Source: Eledone cirrhosa
Lineage: Eukaryota
NCBI GenBank assembly: GCA_964016885.1
Contig: OZ024741.1
Coordinates: 307,210,001-307,274,000, forward strand
Reading direction: 5' to 3'
Length of the DNA stretch: 64,000 nt
The position numbers were made by a program, and so were the translations under genes. Below, one piece after another: positions 1 through 12,460 of this stretch. Position 1 is the first letter of the stretch. Every line of letters starts with the position of its first letter. The notes under the pieces are model-generated. The model searched no databases and had not been told where the DNA came from. It worked only from the letters and a program-made list of their open reading frames with translations.

Positions 1-1152
1 AACCTTAAAGTAGTTAACTTCCTGGATGTCACACTCAATTTAAACTCTGGTTTGATTAAACCGTTTCATAAATTGAATGAAAATCTCAAATACGTAAATG
101 TTGGTCTAACCACCCCATCTCTATAATTAAATCTATCCCTAAAAATATTTCCCTTAGAATCTCGGGTCTATCTTCTAACATACAAGTATTTAAGGAACAC
201 GCCGAGTACTACGATAACGCCCTTAGTAAAGCAGGCTACCTCAACAAAATAGAGTACATAGATGGGAACAATCAAAACACCCAAAATAAATCCCACATAG
301 GTAGATATAATAACACAACACCAAACCACACTTACTACCATAGTATGCACACCAGTAAACCAACAAACAAAACTAATAGAAAGCGATGCAAAGAGTACTT
401 ATGGTATAACCCCGAATACAATAGTTCCATTAGTACAAATTTACCAGTACTCTTCTTTAAAATAATTAAAAGACATTTTCCCACATCACACAAATACCAC
501 AAAATCCTAAACCCTACCACTATAAGACTGTCATACTCTACAGCGTTAAACCTTGAACAACACATAAAAAAGATCAATACTAGAAGGTTAAACGAAAACA
601 ATAAGAACTTAAGTACAAAGAACACAAAAAAAAACAGTAGACAATACACTACAGAACATAAATAAACCACACCTACGTTCGTCCGCAATACTACTCCAGA
701 GAAAACCCAACGTACACAACTGTAACTGCACCTATCCTGACAACTGCCCCCTCGGCAATAACTGCCTCGAAAAAAATATTATTTATAAGTGTACCATTAA
801 ATCCGGAGGCAACGAGTGGTATTACGTGGGATCAACGGCAACATCGTTTAAATCTCGATTGTATAGGCATTCTTACTCAATAAAACACCAGAGCCAAAGA
901 AATGTAACAACTTTAGCAGAAAAAGCTTGGACGCTCAGGGATAGCGATCAAAAGTTTACCCTAAAATGGGAGAAATTAGCTAAAACCCAAAGCTTTTCCA
1001 GGAGCCAAAATTTCTGCAAATTGTGTAATCTTGAGATTTATTACATAATCACACACAAGAAGAAACTGCTGAATAACAGAATTGAACGAACATTATTCTG
1101 CCGTCACAGAACTAAAACCCTTTTTTCCCACTACAAGCCGAATATTACATAA
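1..1152 (+). pseudogene. Naiad-like Penelope element: RT C-terminus, linker and GIY-YIG endonuclease (frameshifted, cut by window start)
   Basis: Frame 1 reads KVVNFLDVTLNLNSGLIKPFHK, then shifts to SNHP..IIKSIPKNISLRISGLSS and LWYNPEYN..HFPTSHKYHKILN..IRLSYS. A later frame reads CNCTYPDNCPLGNNCLEKNIIYKC..YVGSTATSFKSRL..H..CKLCNLEI..LLNNR.E..FCRH. At least two frameshifts (~105, ~665-710). Homologous to ORF 34626-36371. Confidence 0.9.
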
Positions 1153-1264
1153 AAGAGGGACATCCCCCAACTATATAAACCTTAATCTAGTTAGAAAAAT
1201 ATAAAAACAATCTCTTCTCAACATATATTAATAACCTTAAATTACCACACTAATAATGGAAAGA

Positions 1265-1322
1265 TATGCTGATGAGAATAGGTACAAATATGCGATAATG
1301 AATGTGTCTAAAAACGTCCATA
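1265..1322 (+). ncRNA. Degenerate minimal hammerhead ribozyme
   Basis: tatg-CTGATGA-gaa-taggtaca...tgtgtcta-AAAA-cg-TC-cata. Stems I and II pair, but GAAA is damaged. Confidence 0.45.
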
Positions 1323-1419
1323 AGTATGTATATATATCTGAACATGTATATAAATAAGTAAATATGTATATATGTTTGATGTGTATAGTTAGATGTAAGT
1401 GTATTCATGTATTAAAGTG

Positions 1420-1506
<87 letters not shown>

Positions 1507-2068
1507 ATGTATATGTGTGTATATGGATGTGTATGTATGTGTATGTGTGTACACATGGACTAGAGTATGTATGTATATATGTGTGTGTCTATACGTGTGT
1601 ATATAAAGATAATTTGAGTATGAAAATGTATACACATGAGCGCGTATGTATGTACATGAATACATGTGTGTATATATATGTGTATGCATGTGTATATATA
1701 TGTAAGTATGAATATGTGAATTGTGAGTATATGTATTTTGTAGAGGTGTGCAAATATATTTATGTGTGAATGCGTGGGTGAAAGGATACGTACACTTGAA
1801 AGAAAAATTTAAGTCTGAATGTTAATTAAGTGCAAACACAAAACCAACCACGCATATCTTTACTATCTCTAATCCTTCTATAGATTTAGAAAAATAACCA
1901 ATAATATATTCTATAAAAAATGTCAAAACAACAGATGGGAATCTAATTACTCACTGCCACCAAGAATTCTCACTGCTATCGAAAAACCACTCCTTCAACT
2001 ATTCTTCTAACAACTTCACCCCTCCCTCCTAATATTCTCTATAAAAACTAAATAGGTCCTCAGTAATA

Positions 2069-2188
2069 TTATTCTGATGAAATGACAGTAAATAATAACA
2101 TTGAAATATTGAATGTCTGCATAACTAAAAGTTTGTAGATAGCAGCTGTTTTAGGTTATGTAACTGTTATAGAAACACGTGTCAATAA
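2069..2188 (+). ncRNA. Type I hammerhead ribozyme with long stem II
   Basis: ttatt-CTGATGA(2074-2080)-a-atgacagt...actgttat-a-GAAA(2172-2175)-cacgtg(palindrome)-TC|aataa. Confidence 0.8.
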
Positions 2189-2335
2189 ATTCCTTTCAAC
2201 TAAACTGTATCCATTCAAATCTTTCTATTTTTCTCCGGATTACTTTTGGAACTACAACTGGAACTGTCGAGCAAACTCTACGTGAGCTGATAATCTACTG
2301 TGTGTAATATTTATATTACAACACAACGGAAAATA

Positions 2336-2404
<69 letters not shown>

Positions 2405-2455
2405 CATATATATATATAATATTAGATCAAAAGATGGTTAAAGGAGTTCCATGTA

Positions 2456-2522
2456 TTTTATTATGCGCATTTCAAAAACAAACATCATCATGCAATAATA
2501 TTTGTGTTTTCATCAGATAAAA
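2456..2522 (-). ncRNA. Type I hammerhead ribozyme in a PLE pLTR fragment (2422-2580), with an inverted partial copy at 2672-2719
   Basis: Minus strand: ttttat-CTGATGA-aaacacaaat...gtttgttttt-GAAA-tgcgca-TA|ataaaa. 2424-2470 recurs as a reverse complement at ~2672-2718. Confidence 0.8.
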
Positions 2523-2718
2523 CAGGAGAACATGATATGAAGGCTAAAAAACACTTGTGGATAGTGCAGTTATAAATCTACACATATATATATATATACA
2601 TATATATATATATGTATATATATATGTATATATATATATATATGTATATACATATATTTATATATATATATATGCGCATAATAAAATACATGGAACTCCT
2701 TTAACCATCTTTTGATCT

Positions 2719-2784
<66 letters not shown>

Positions 2785-2785
<1 letters not shown>

Positions 2786-3042
2786 GGAAGGTATACGTTG
2801 CTGATGATAGCTAATAAGCTTGAAACTAGTACAGCGTTCCTTTGTCAGTGTTGAACAAACGAGCAACGATGGTTGCTAGACACTACGGCTTAATACGGAA
2901 TGTTTGTTTACAAACACACCGAGCATTATGATAAATGTTCGGTGAATCCATACGTACATATATATATATGTCTGTATGTATGTATATATATATACATACT
3001 ACTGTGCGTCTGTATACATATATGTATGTACGTGTACATACT
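2785..3042 (+). mobile_element. Partial monomer of the 472-nt hammerhead repeat family (HHR at 2795-2837)
   Basis: acgttg-CTGATGA-t-agct-aata-agct-t-GAAA-ctag-TA|cagcgt. Downstream sequence is a diverged match to 26864-27145. Confidence 0.85.
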
Positions 3043-3075
3043 TATATACATACATATATATATATATATACATAG

Positions 3076-3152
<77 letters not shown>

Positions 3153-3186
3153 GATATAGATATATACGTATATATATATACACACA

Positions 3187-3220
<34 letters not shown>

Positions 3221-3229
3221 CATAGATAG

Positions 3230-3260
<31 letters not shown>

Positions 3261-3315
3261 CATAGATATATATATAGATATATACATATATATATATATA
3301 TATATACATAGATAG

Positions 3316-4563
3316 ATAGGAACCAGTAAGACCCCGACAGCTGAGCTCAAGCCGTTTCGACGGCCAATTCTGGACTAAATGAAAATTTATCCTTAGTCCT
3401 TCTACCCCAGCTCTTCTCCTTTGTCGGCGTCTTTTCTCGCCCACCCGAGGCTGCCCTTTGGCCCCATGTAGCCTTAGTACCCCCACCACCCCCTCCCCTA
3501 GTCTATGATAGATTTGGCGGACTTCGCCCTTTATAGCAGTTGGCTTAGACCCCGGATACTTGCCCCCTTTTTCCGACCGCTCCCACTATTCTCTGTGCCC
3601 TCTATATTTCTTAGTGGCACTTATGCCTTATTTTTTGTTTCAGTATTTCTTGCTTCGCTTTTCTTCTGGGCGGGGTGGATTCTGAATTTATTTCTCCGTA
3701 TTCTACCTTTATTTCGTACGAACTTTCATGTAGCTTGTTTTAGATCTTTTAGAGTTAGCAATAGTATATATTTTTCTCGGGACTCAGAATTATTATCTCG
3801 TACGGGTTCACTTTGCTGCACTGGGTCGTTGCTGGCCCGGAATGGAAACCTTTATTGTTTATTTCGTGGTAGTCTCTTTAGTATTTTGGCCCCTTTTGTT
3901 GACCCGTCACCGTATCATTTACGTACTTATACCTCTTAAAAGGGTCCTTGCCTATTCCGTCCCACCTAGTTCTTTTACTTATTTCGTTATTTCTTTATTT
4001 ATTTATTTCTTTACTTCTTTCTTTCTTTCTTTATTTTATTCTAGCCTAACAATAGCCTGAGACCTAGGTCGTAGAATTTAATTTACTTTACTTTTTTCTT
4101 TACACTTATTTGCTTTTCTTCACTCTCAGTATTTTTTCTTTCCTATATATTTCTACCCCCCATTGTTCTACCTACCGTTCCGACTTCCTCCCCCTCCCCT
4201 GTATCTTCTTTGACCTCATGCCCAGCTGTAGCTGGCACTACCAACGCTTGATTGGGTCTACTCCACCCCCTCCCCTCTTTCTCCTATTGGCAGGTTTAGC
4301 CACCATCTCCCCTACTAATTTGCAACCACAGAATTACTACTGATTTTTGACAATCACTTTGACCATATATGGAATTACCCCTTGAGAAGATCGGCTATTT
4401 AAATACCAGGATAAATTTTCATTTAGTCCAGAATTAGCCGTCGAAACGGCTTGAGCTCAGCTGTCGGGGTCTTACTGGTTCCTATTACCCACTCTACTAC
4501 CTCAAGTATTGAGTACTTTGGTGCGTTATGGTCCACCTGGTTCCTTACCACATTTCCTTCGTT
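3316..4563 (+). mobile_element. Non-coding PLE-type element with a 78-bp inverted 5' segment and a variant hammerhead
   Basis: 3316-3393 is the reverse complement of 4408-4485 (1 mismatch). Both ends abut (TA)n. Pyrimidine-rich body with no credible ORF. Confidence 0.7.
4377..4470 (+). ncRNA. Hammerhead ribozyme, U3/A8 core variant
   Basis: acccc-TTGAGAA-ga(t)cggcta...tagccgtc-GAAA-cggcttgagctcagctg-TC|ggggt. Confidence 0.75.
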
Positions 4564-4592
4564 ACATAGATATATATATATACATAGATATA

Positions 4593-4748
<156 letters not shown>

Positions 4749-4749
4749 C

Positions 4750-4806
<57 letters not shown>

Positions 4807-4865
4807 CATACATATATATATATACATATATATATATATACATACATATATATATATATACATAC

Positions 4866-4898
<33 letters not shown>

Positions 4899-4916
4899 AA
4901 TATATATTTATACATA

Positions 4917-4966
<50 letters not shown>

Positions 4967-5018
4967 CATACATATATATATATATATATACATACATATA
5001 TATATATACATATATATA

Positions 5019-5050
<32 letters not shown>

Positions 5051-5157
5051 CATATATATATATGTATATATACATATATATATACATATATATATATGTA
5101 TATATATATGTATATATATATATGTATATACATATATATATATATATATATATACAT

Positions 5158-6075
5158 ATACTACTAATAATGAGTTCAAAACTCAGGCAGTCCTTTACAA
5201 TGAAATAGCTCAAAGAAAGAAGTATTTCTGAGCCGTGTAATACAAGTTAATATAAATTAATATATTTGATAAACACAAATACCAACATATCTGTGTTTGT
5301 ATTGTAAATGACAAATTTAAATATAATATTTAAATTTGTCCAAGCACCACGGCCATTTGCCAATATGCTTTGTTTTTATTGATTTATTATTTTAAATCGA
5401 GACAGGCAAACTGTATTATTATAATTAGTATTTTTTTCAATTTAGCTAACTTAGTTATTTACAACACAAACACAGATAAGTTGGTATTTGTGTTTATCAA
5501 ATATATTAATTTATATTAACTTGTATTACACGGCTCAGAAATACTTCTTTCTTTGAGCTATTTCATTGTAAAAGATTACCTGAGTTTTGAACTCATTATT
5601 AATAGTATCACTGCTCCTTATTGTTGAGCTAACTTTAGCCCCATATAACCGGCTGTTATTTCTAGCAGCACGAGTATGCGGCAGCTAGACACTGGATAAC
5701 CATGTGTGAAAAAACATGTGCGTTAAACAGTCTTTTTAAATATTTTGAAGTGAAACATAACAATTTTTCTAGTGCTTGCTGAGGAGATCTAAATGCGTAT
5801 TCTTTCACTTTTTCATTTTTCGAAAGTTATTTGGATTTTAAGGTTTAAACCTGTCTACGGAACAGGTTTGATTTTGAAATTTAAATTTATCCAAGCACCA
5901 CGGCCATTTGCCAATATGCTTTGTTTTTATTGATTTATTATTTTAAATCGAGACAGGCAAACTGTATTATTATAATTAGTATTTTTCAATCTAGCTAACT
6001 TAGTCATTTACAATACAAACTCAGATATGTTGGTATTTGTGTTTATCAAATATATTAATTTATATTAACTTGTAT
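5158..6075 (+). mobile_element. Retrozyme-like non-coding element: 551-nt monomer, partial direct repeat and inverted 5' segment
   Basis: Direct repeat 5331-5526 vs ~5882-6075. Inverted segment 5158-5312 vs 5454-5608. 15-bp fold-back at 5310-5340. Confidence 0.8.
5772..5898 (+). ncRNA. Type I hammerhead ribozyme with long stem II region
   Basis: gtgcttg-CTGAGGA-ga...tt-GAAA-tttaaattta-TC|caagcac. Perfect 7-bp stem I; the base of stem II is weak. Confidence 0.7.
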
Positions 6076-6079
6076 ATAC

Positions 6080-6112
<33 letters not shown>

Positions 6113-6129
6113 CATATATATATATACAG

Positions 6130-6176
<47 letters not shown>

Positions 6177-6177
6177 C

Positions 6178-6210
<33 letters not shown>

Positions 6211-6227
6211 CATATATATATACACAC

Positions 6228-6258
<31 letters not shown>

Positions 6259-6285
6259 TATATATATATACATATATATATATAT

Positions 6286-6320
<35 letters not shown>

Positions 6321-6321
6321 T

Positions 6322-8502
6322 TTACGTCCGCTTTTCCCTGCTTGCAAGGGTGGGACGGGTCTTATTCAGCACAGCATCTCTCCACTCGTCACGGTCCCTC
6401 GTCATCTCCACCGTGAGCTTCAATGATCTGAGGTCTGTTCTCACCACCTCCGCCCATGTTTTTCGTGGTCTACCTCTACCACGTCTTCCTTCAACTGGCA
6501 ATTCCTGGCACTTCTTCACCCAACGGTCATCCTCCATTCGCATCACATGTCCATACCACCTCAGTCTCCTCTCCCGTACACTACATTCTATCCGTCTCAG
6601 ACACAGTTTCTCTCTCCACACATTTAGGCTGGGTCGTTCACGCACATTTACACTGCACATCCAATGGGGCATGCTTGCCTCATTTCTCTCCAGCCGTCGC
6701 ATATCCTCTGCAGTTGCTGCCCATGTCTCACTACCATGCAGCATCGCGCTCCTCACACAGGCATCATACAACCGGCCTTTCGTACGCAGGGAGAAACCCT
6801 TCTTCGTCAACAGAGGAAGCAGCTCCCTAAACTTCTTCCAACCCGTCCTTATTCTAGATACTATGCCCTCGGAACACCCTCCTCCCATGTTAATCTGATC
6901 TCCTAGGTACCGGAAGCTATCCATCACTTCTATAGCGCCCTCCTGCATTTGAAAAATGTGTCTATCTATGCGACTTCTACTGTCTAATTTCCCTGTACAT
7001 CTACTGCATACATATTTCTCCCTACCTGTTAGTTTGCCTGCTATCCCGCTACATCTCTTGTGTACCCAGGATCTGCATTGTGTGCATTTTATAGAATTTA
7101 TGCCAGTTCCTTTTCTGCATATCGAACATGGCCATTTCCCTGACGGAATCAGGGTTTTGTCCTCTTTTCTACTCATCAACACTTTTGTCTTAGCTAGATT
7201 CACTCTCAGTCCTCTTGCTTCCAACTGCTGTTTCCATAGCCAGAATTTATTCTCTAGCTCCTCTACTGATTCTGCTATAAGAACCAGATCGTCAGCATAG
7301 GGAAGATTCCATGGACAGCCAGTCTTAAACTCCTCTGTTATGGCTTGGAGGACTATAATGAACAAGAGCGGACTGAGGACCGAACTCTGATGTACTCCTA
7401 CTTGTATCTGGAATTCCTCACTAAACTCCATTCCTACCCTGATTTTACTGAGAGTACCTCTGTACAAAGTTTGCACTGTCCTCACAAGCCATTCCTCAAC
7501 ACCTAACTTCCTTAGGGACCACCAGATGACAGATCGGAGTACCCTATCAAAGGCCTTCTCTAGGTCAACAAAGGCTAGGTATAGTGGCTTATTCTTCTCT
7601 AAGAACCTCTCTTGCAATTGTCTCACCAAGAAGAGGGCATCTGTTGTACGTTTCCCAGGGACAAAACCAAAATGCATCTCATCTAGTTTGACCCTTTCTC
7701 TAATTAGTTGTGCTAAAATCCTTTCTGCCACTTTCATAACCTGATCTATCAGTTTTATACCCCTATAATTGCTCCTCTCCAAAGCATCCCCTTTACCTTT
7801 GTAGCAATTTATGAGAATACTGCTGCACCAGTCTTTGGGTATGCCACCACCAAATATAGCCTGATTGATGATGCGTGCAACCAGTTTAGTGCCTACGTCC
7901 CCTGATGCCTTCAGCATCTCAGCAACTATTCCCGATAGACCGGCAGCCTTACCATTTTTCATTTCCCTAATCGCCTCTTGGACCCTATATTCGTCAATCT
8001 CAATAGCTGGTCCCTCTGTCTGATCTACCAAGGGTAATTTCTCTCTCTCCCATTTGTTCTCCACATTCAACAGTCTCTCATAATGACATTTCCAGGCCTC
8101 CTTTTTCTGATCATTCGTGACACTAAGTACACCGGCATCATCCCGGACACATTTATCTCCAACAACATCCTGATTTGCATTGACACACAGCCTTGCAATG
8201 TGGAACATCGCACGCCTCTGATCTTCCCGTCGCAGAACATTGGCAAACCTCCTACTCTCTGCCTCCCTGCGTGCTAAGTACACCTGACGTGTAGCTTCTC
8301 TCTTAGTGGCTGTATATTCTTCCCTACTCCCACCTTTTTTCCAAGCCTTCCATGCTAGTCTTTTGTCTCTAATAGGCTTATCTACTGTGCTGTTCCGCCA
8401 CCAGGTCACTCTCTGTCTGGTTGGAGCTCTGCTCCAGCCACAAGTTTCATCAGTAGCCTGCAGCAAGTTGTCACGTAAAAAATTCCAGTTATTATCTGTC
8501 AT
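6322..8502 (-). CDS. RTE reverse transcriptase with a PHD-like zinc finger in the C-terminal region
   Basis: [44 protein letters not shown]; CSIC..C..C..WVHKRC..CSRC; [17 protein letters not shown]. Confidence 0.93.
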   Translation of the reverse strand: MTDNNWNFLRDNLLQATDETCGWSRAPTRQRVTWWRNSTVDKPIRDKRLAWKAWKKGGSREEYTATKREATRQVYLARREAESRRFANVLRREDQRRAMFHIARLCVNANQDVVGDKCVRDDAGVLSVTNDQKKEAWKCHYERLLNVENKWEREKLPLVDQTEGPAIEIDEYRVQEAIREMKNGKAAGLSGIVAEMLKASGDVGTKLVARIINQAIFGGGIPKDWCSSILINCYKGKGDALERSNYRGIKLIDQVMKVAERILAQLIRERVKLDEMHFGFVPGKRTTDALFLVRQLQERFLEKNKPLYLAFVDLEKAFDRVLRSVIWWSLRKLGVEEWLVRTVQTLYRGTLSKIRVGMEFSEEFQIQVGVHQSSVLSPLLFIIVLQAITEEFKTGCPWNLPYADDLVLIAESVEELENKFWLWKQQLEARGLRVNLAKTKVLMSRKEDKTLIPSGKWPCSICRKGTGINSIKCTQCRSWVHKRCSGIAGKLTGREKYVCSRCTGKLDSRSRIDRHIFQMQEGAIEVMDSFRYLGDQINMGGGCSEGIVSRIRTGWKKFRELLPLLTKKGFSLRTKGRLYDACVRSAMLHGSETWAATAEDMRRLERNEASMPHWMCSVNVRERPSLNVWREKLCLRRIECSVRERRLRWYGHVMRMEDDRWVKKCQELPVEGRRGRGRPRKTWAEVVRTDLRSLKLTVEMTRDRDEWRDAVLNKTRPTLASREKRT

Positions 8503-9388
8503 ACGTCTCTAAATCGTCTTCTTTTTCATCATATACATCTTGAAGAGCTTTCCTAAATTTGTATTTTAGTGAAAGGTCTTTTAGCTTCCAGACCTTTCTT
8601 CTCCACACCTTCCTATATGTCTCATTCCATCTCTTGCTTACTGAGATATCACTAACAACTAACCTATGCTGTGGGGTACATTCTTCCCCAGGGTATGCCT
8701 TGGTATTAGACACTATCTGCCTGTCCCGCTGCCTAAATAGCAAGAAGTCAATCTGGCTTATGTGCTCACCAGATTTGTAGGTTATTAGGTGATTGGCAGG
8801 TTTCTGGAAGTTTGTGTTGCAAATAGTCAATGTACCTGCATCACAAAATTCAAGAAGTCTCACTCCTTCTTCATTTCTTGAACCGTAACCGTGCCCACCA
8901 TGTACCCCAGTGTAACCATCCTGGAGCTGTCCAACATAACCATTGAAGTCTCCTGCTAGCATAACGATGTCTCCGTCCTCTGTCATTGCGGTTGTTTGCA
9001 AAAGTTGCTCATAAAAGCAGTCTTTCTCATCTTTGCCTAGGCCTGCTTGGGGAGCATAGGCCGAGATGATTGTCAGTAGTCTCCTACCTACAACTAATCT
9101 AAGCTTAATTATTCGATTATTAACTCGAACTACCTCTATTGTCTTATTGATCCATTTCTCAGCCAGGAAAATGCCTACTCCCCCTAACCCATCATCCTTA
9201 ACTACCCAGAATAGCTTATAGCTAAGACGTTTGCCTATGACTAGTCTCGCAGAGGCACCTCTCCATCTCACCTCTTGCACGCAGCACACATCCACCTGCC
9301 TTCTCTCCAGCATCTCCGCTATTTCAGCAGATCTACCTCTGAGAGTGCCAACATTAAGTGTTGCAACTCTGAGATGCGACGTCTTCAT
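8492..9388 (-). CDS. Apurinic-like endonuclease domain of the RTE ORF (frameshifted from RT at ~8500)
   Basis: Motifs ATLNVGTL, CCVQEVRW, SAYAPQ, GDFNG, QIDFLL and QHRLVV. Confidence 0.92.
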   Translation of the reverse strand: MKTSHLRVATLNVGTLRGRSAEIAEMLERRQVDVCCVQEVRWRGASARLVIGKRLSYKLFWVVKDDGLGGVGIFLAEKWINKTIEVVRVNNRIIKLRLVVGRRLLTIISAYAPQAGLGKDEKDCFYEQLLQTTAMTEDGDIVMLAGDFNGYVGQLQDGYTGVHGGHGYGSRNEEGVRLLEFCDAGTLTICNTNFQKPANHLITYKSGEHISQIDFLLFRQRDRQIVSNTKAYPGEECTPQHRLVVSDISVSKRWNETYRKVWRRKVWKLKDLSLKYKFRKALQDVYDEKEDDLETYDR

Positions 9389-9609
9389 ATTTTGTTGTTG
9401 TTCCTATTTTTTGCTGTGCTGATAAGCGTTTTCGCATTGATACACTGGTTGGATGCCCTTCCTAACACCAGCGCCACTTTACAGCATGGACTGGGTGCTT
9501 TTATTTGTGCCACCAGCACTAGAGAGGATGTCTTACTAGACTCAAGGGCCCTCTCTACCCCTCCATTATATACATATATATATATATACATATATATATA
9601 TACATATAC

Positions 9610-9664
<55 letters not shown>

Positions 9665-9873
9665 CATTTACATATATATATATATATACATATATATATA
9701 TTGTTATACTTTGGGAGGGTCATGTTGCCAATAAGGAACACACGCACCCGTTGCTTTCACTTCAATTTAGTATATATTTATAAATTTATAAATTTACAAA
9801 TTTACAAATTTACAAACTTATAAATTTCTGGTTGGTTGGTTGGTTCCACAACCAGATAGTTGTTTATATATAT

Positions 9874-9918
9874 AGTCATAGTCCTTTCGTCACACACTCT
9901 GTGACCTCTTCAGTGACT
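9874..9918 (-). ncRNA. Minimal type I hammerhead ribozyme
   Basis: agtca-CTGAAGA-g-gtcaca-gagtg-tgtgac-GAAA-ggac-TA|tgact. Confidence 0.85.
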
Positions 9919-10156
9919 GGGGATTCCTTTCTTCGTTTCTGTGCCTTTCCTTTCTTCTATCCTACGCCATTTTGTTTCTATGTGTGTGTTGTGTGCTCAG
10001 TTTGCGCATGCGCCACATCCGGGTGTCTGTGTGTGTCTGTGTTCATTTTTCTATTTTTCTATTTATATTTTTCTATTTGTTTATTTATTTATTTATTTAT
10101 TTATTTATTGTTGGTTGGTTGTTTGTTCTATGTGTGTGTGTGTTTTCATTTTGTCC

Positions 10157-11570
10157 TTAATTGTACGTTGTGATGTTGCTGTTCCACTCATATTTTCTAT
10201 TTAATTTTGGTTTTAATTCTTTTATGCTTACTGCCTCTGTAATTTGCCTAAACATTGCGTCTTTTCTGTGTGTGGATTCTATTTTTATTTCTATGCTCTC
10301 TAATCTACCCCTGTGTTCTATCTTAGCACGTTGGTAGAGCACAGATGATTCTTTATTATCTTGGAGGTCTCGCCAGTGTTCATTTATTCGTTCCCCTATA
10401 CTACGAGCTGTCTCACCTATGTACACTATATTTTTGTTTCTACATTGTCCTTCAGTACATCTTATGCTATACACTACATTTCTAGTTTTACAGTTAATAT
10501 GGGGGCTTATTTTACAGGTTATACATTTCTTATCTATACATGAGGGTCTTTGGAACGGGTATGTCTTGCTAATAAGTGTTTTTACGGAGGTACCAGGTCT
10601 TTCTACTATCGTAATATTGAGATTATGTTTATTTAGGGCCCTTCTAAATTTGTAGGCTAGTTCGCCTCTAGGGGTTGTATTGATGAACATTACACTCTGG
10701 TATTTATTGCTATCATACCATGAGTTTATTCTGTTGGCCTTGTTCCTAGTTCTTTCTATTCTATTCCAAAATTTGCTCCTATACAAGGGGCATGTCCCAT
10801 TTATGTCATTATTTACCATTTTTTCCCATTTGGTTCTGGCTCCTTTATACACTCTGATTCTATCTCTCTGATTGTAGCCAGAGAACTGCATACGGTGGAT
10901 GAAGTGTTGTATGTGTCTCTCTAGTTCTTCGGGGTTGCACATGCGGGACACATTTCTCATCACCCGTACCAAATCCGCAATCAGTATGTTGATTTTGGTA
11001 TGGTCCGAAATGGCCGAGTTTCGGTGGATCAGATGTTTGGAAGTCATGGGTTTGGCATAATGGGAATGGGGGATTTGTTTTTGGTTGTTAATGGTATCTA
11101 ACCAGAGCTCTGTGTCTAGTACAGGTAATCGATGGTTGGGGTGTCTACTTGGGTAGTCTATAGTAACTCTAATGCTCTGGTGGATGGAGTTTGCTATTTG
11201 CTGGATGCTTTCCATTGTGTTTTTCTCTAGTTCCTGACTGTTCTTTAGTGGGGGTGTCTTAACTACGATGTTTATATCATCTACGTAGCGGGAGTACATT
11301 ATCAGGGTTAAGCTGTCTTCTAATTGTTCATTAAGTTTTCGTTTAAGTCTACTGTCCCACCATACCATGAATAAGTTAGCTATGTCGCCTGCAATGCTAA
11401 TACCAATGGCTGCTCCTTCCTCTTGGGCATATGTTTTACCATTAAATTTGAACATATGTTCCTTAAGGGTTAATTTTATGCTGGCCCCTACCGCATGTGC
11501 AATCATTTTCTTCAGTTCATCGTGGTTTTCGGGTGTCCGTATGGCTCTGGTCCACCCGTTCCATCTATCT
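10157..11570 (-). CDS. PLE reverse transcriptase plus GIY-YIG endonuclease (partial; the annotated start lies in microsatellite)
   Basis: [82 protein letters not shown]. Confidence 0.92.
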
Positions 11571-11658
11571 GTATATATATATACATTTATCTGTATATAT
11601 ATATACATCTATCTGTATATATATATACATTTACATATATATATACATATACATTTAC

Positions 11659-11708
<50 letters not shown>

Positions 11709-11724
11709 ACATATATATATATAT

Positions 11725-11778
<54 letters not shown>

Positions 11779-12460
11779 CCGATGTTGATTCTCGCAACTT
11801 AACAACCTGCTATATTGAGCTAAAGACCAACAAACTACGATACTCTATCAGAATCGTCAAACGCCCAATATTGAATCGTCGGAGATTATGTGAGGGGCGT
11901 ATAATCTGGATATTATGCCCCCCGGACTGTGAAAATGGTGCTGTATATGGAATCCATATCATCGCTTTGCTACACATTTCCAATATTTAATATTCATAAT
12001 ATTTCTCCACGCACAGTCTTCTACAACATTCGTATAAAGGATTCATTACTAGTTCAACCACCTTAACACTCTTGATCGCCCGTTTAAGTGCTTCTATTGC
12101 ATGTAACACTCTACCTATAGCATTATATAAACGTGCCACACGTGTAACTATTGCACTCAATAACTGCTTATGACTATCCTATCGCATTAATTTCATGTAT
12201 TTTAACCTTAATTTTTTATTTTATCCTCTTTGGATATGAATGTAACCTTTAAATTTATACTGCCACACTAAATATTATAATGGTTGTCAACATACCAAGC
12301 AACAATGTTTGCATATGTATCTGTATGTCTCTTGGGTTGAAAAGGAGGTCATATATGGGATCATCCATTAATAAATTGCTCCGAAGAAACCAAACCTCGG
12401 TTTGGAGGAAACAATTGTAAGCATATAAATGATTTGATCAGAACTTTGATTCTTAGAACT
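11779..12460 (+). mobile_element. Repeat family carrying a CCGAAGA-core hammerhead (copy 1)
   Basis: Homologous to 40070-40990 (-) and 48917-49267 (-). Flanked by (TA)n. Confidence 0.7.
12377..12423 (+). ncRNA. Hammerhead ribozyme, U4C core variant
   Basis: tgct-CCGAAGA-aa-ccaaacc-tc-ggtttgg-ag-GAAA-caattg-TA|agca. Confidence 0.75.

Larger units (their letters stand above)
1153..2340 (+). mobile_element. Probable long 3' UTR/pLTR of the Naiad element, with TA/TG microsatellite and hammerheads
   Basis: Follows the GIY-YIG stop. TG-rich sense strand and a terminal HHR, the same layout as 30967-34625. The boundary is inferred. Confidence 0.55.
6287..9566 (-). mobile_element. RTE-clade non-LTR retrotransposon, near full length, (GAT)n tail
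   Basis: APE and RT ORFs, 3' end ...cggacgtaaaa(tga)n at 6287-6330, and 5' UTR motif ggtgttaggaagggcatcc. Confidence 0.93.
9701..11570 (-). mobile_element. 5'-truncated Penelope-like element (non-Naiad type) with a 3' pLTR hammerhead
   Basis: ORF 10157-~11570, HHR 9874-9918. The 3' region recurs at 47931-48190. Confidence 0.9.

Noticed and set aside
1311-1314. AAAA replacing GAAA in two HHRs of related Naiads (also 50699-50703) as a possible conserved G12A variant
   Set aside because: At 1311 the unpaired gaa suggests a deletion, and the 50687 motif has other damage. Decay is the simpler explanation.
3505-4343. Hydrophobic ORFs (144, 72 and 77 aa) as membrane proteins
   Set aside because: Explained by T/C-rich composition; no motif or second copy supports coding.
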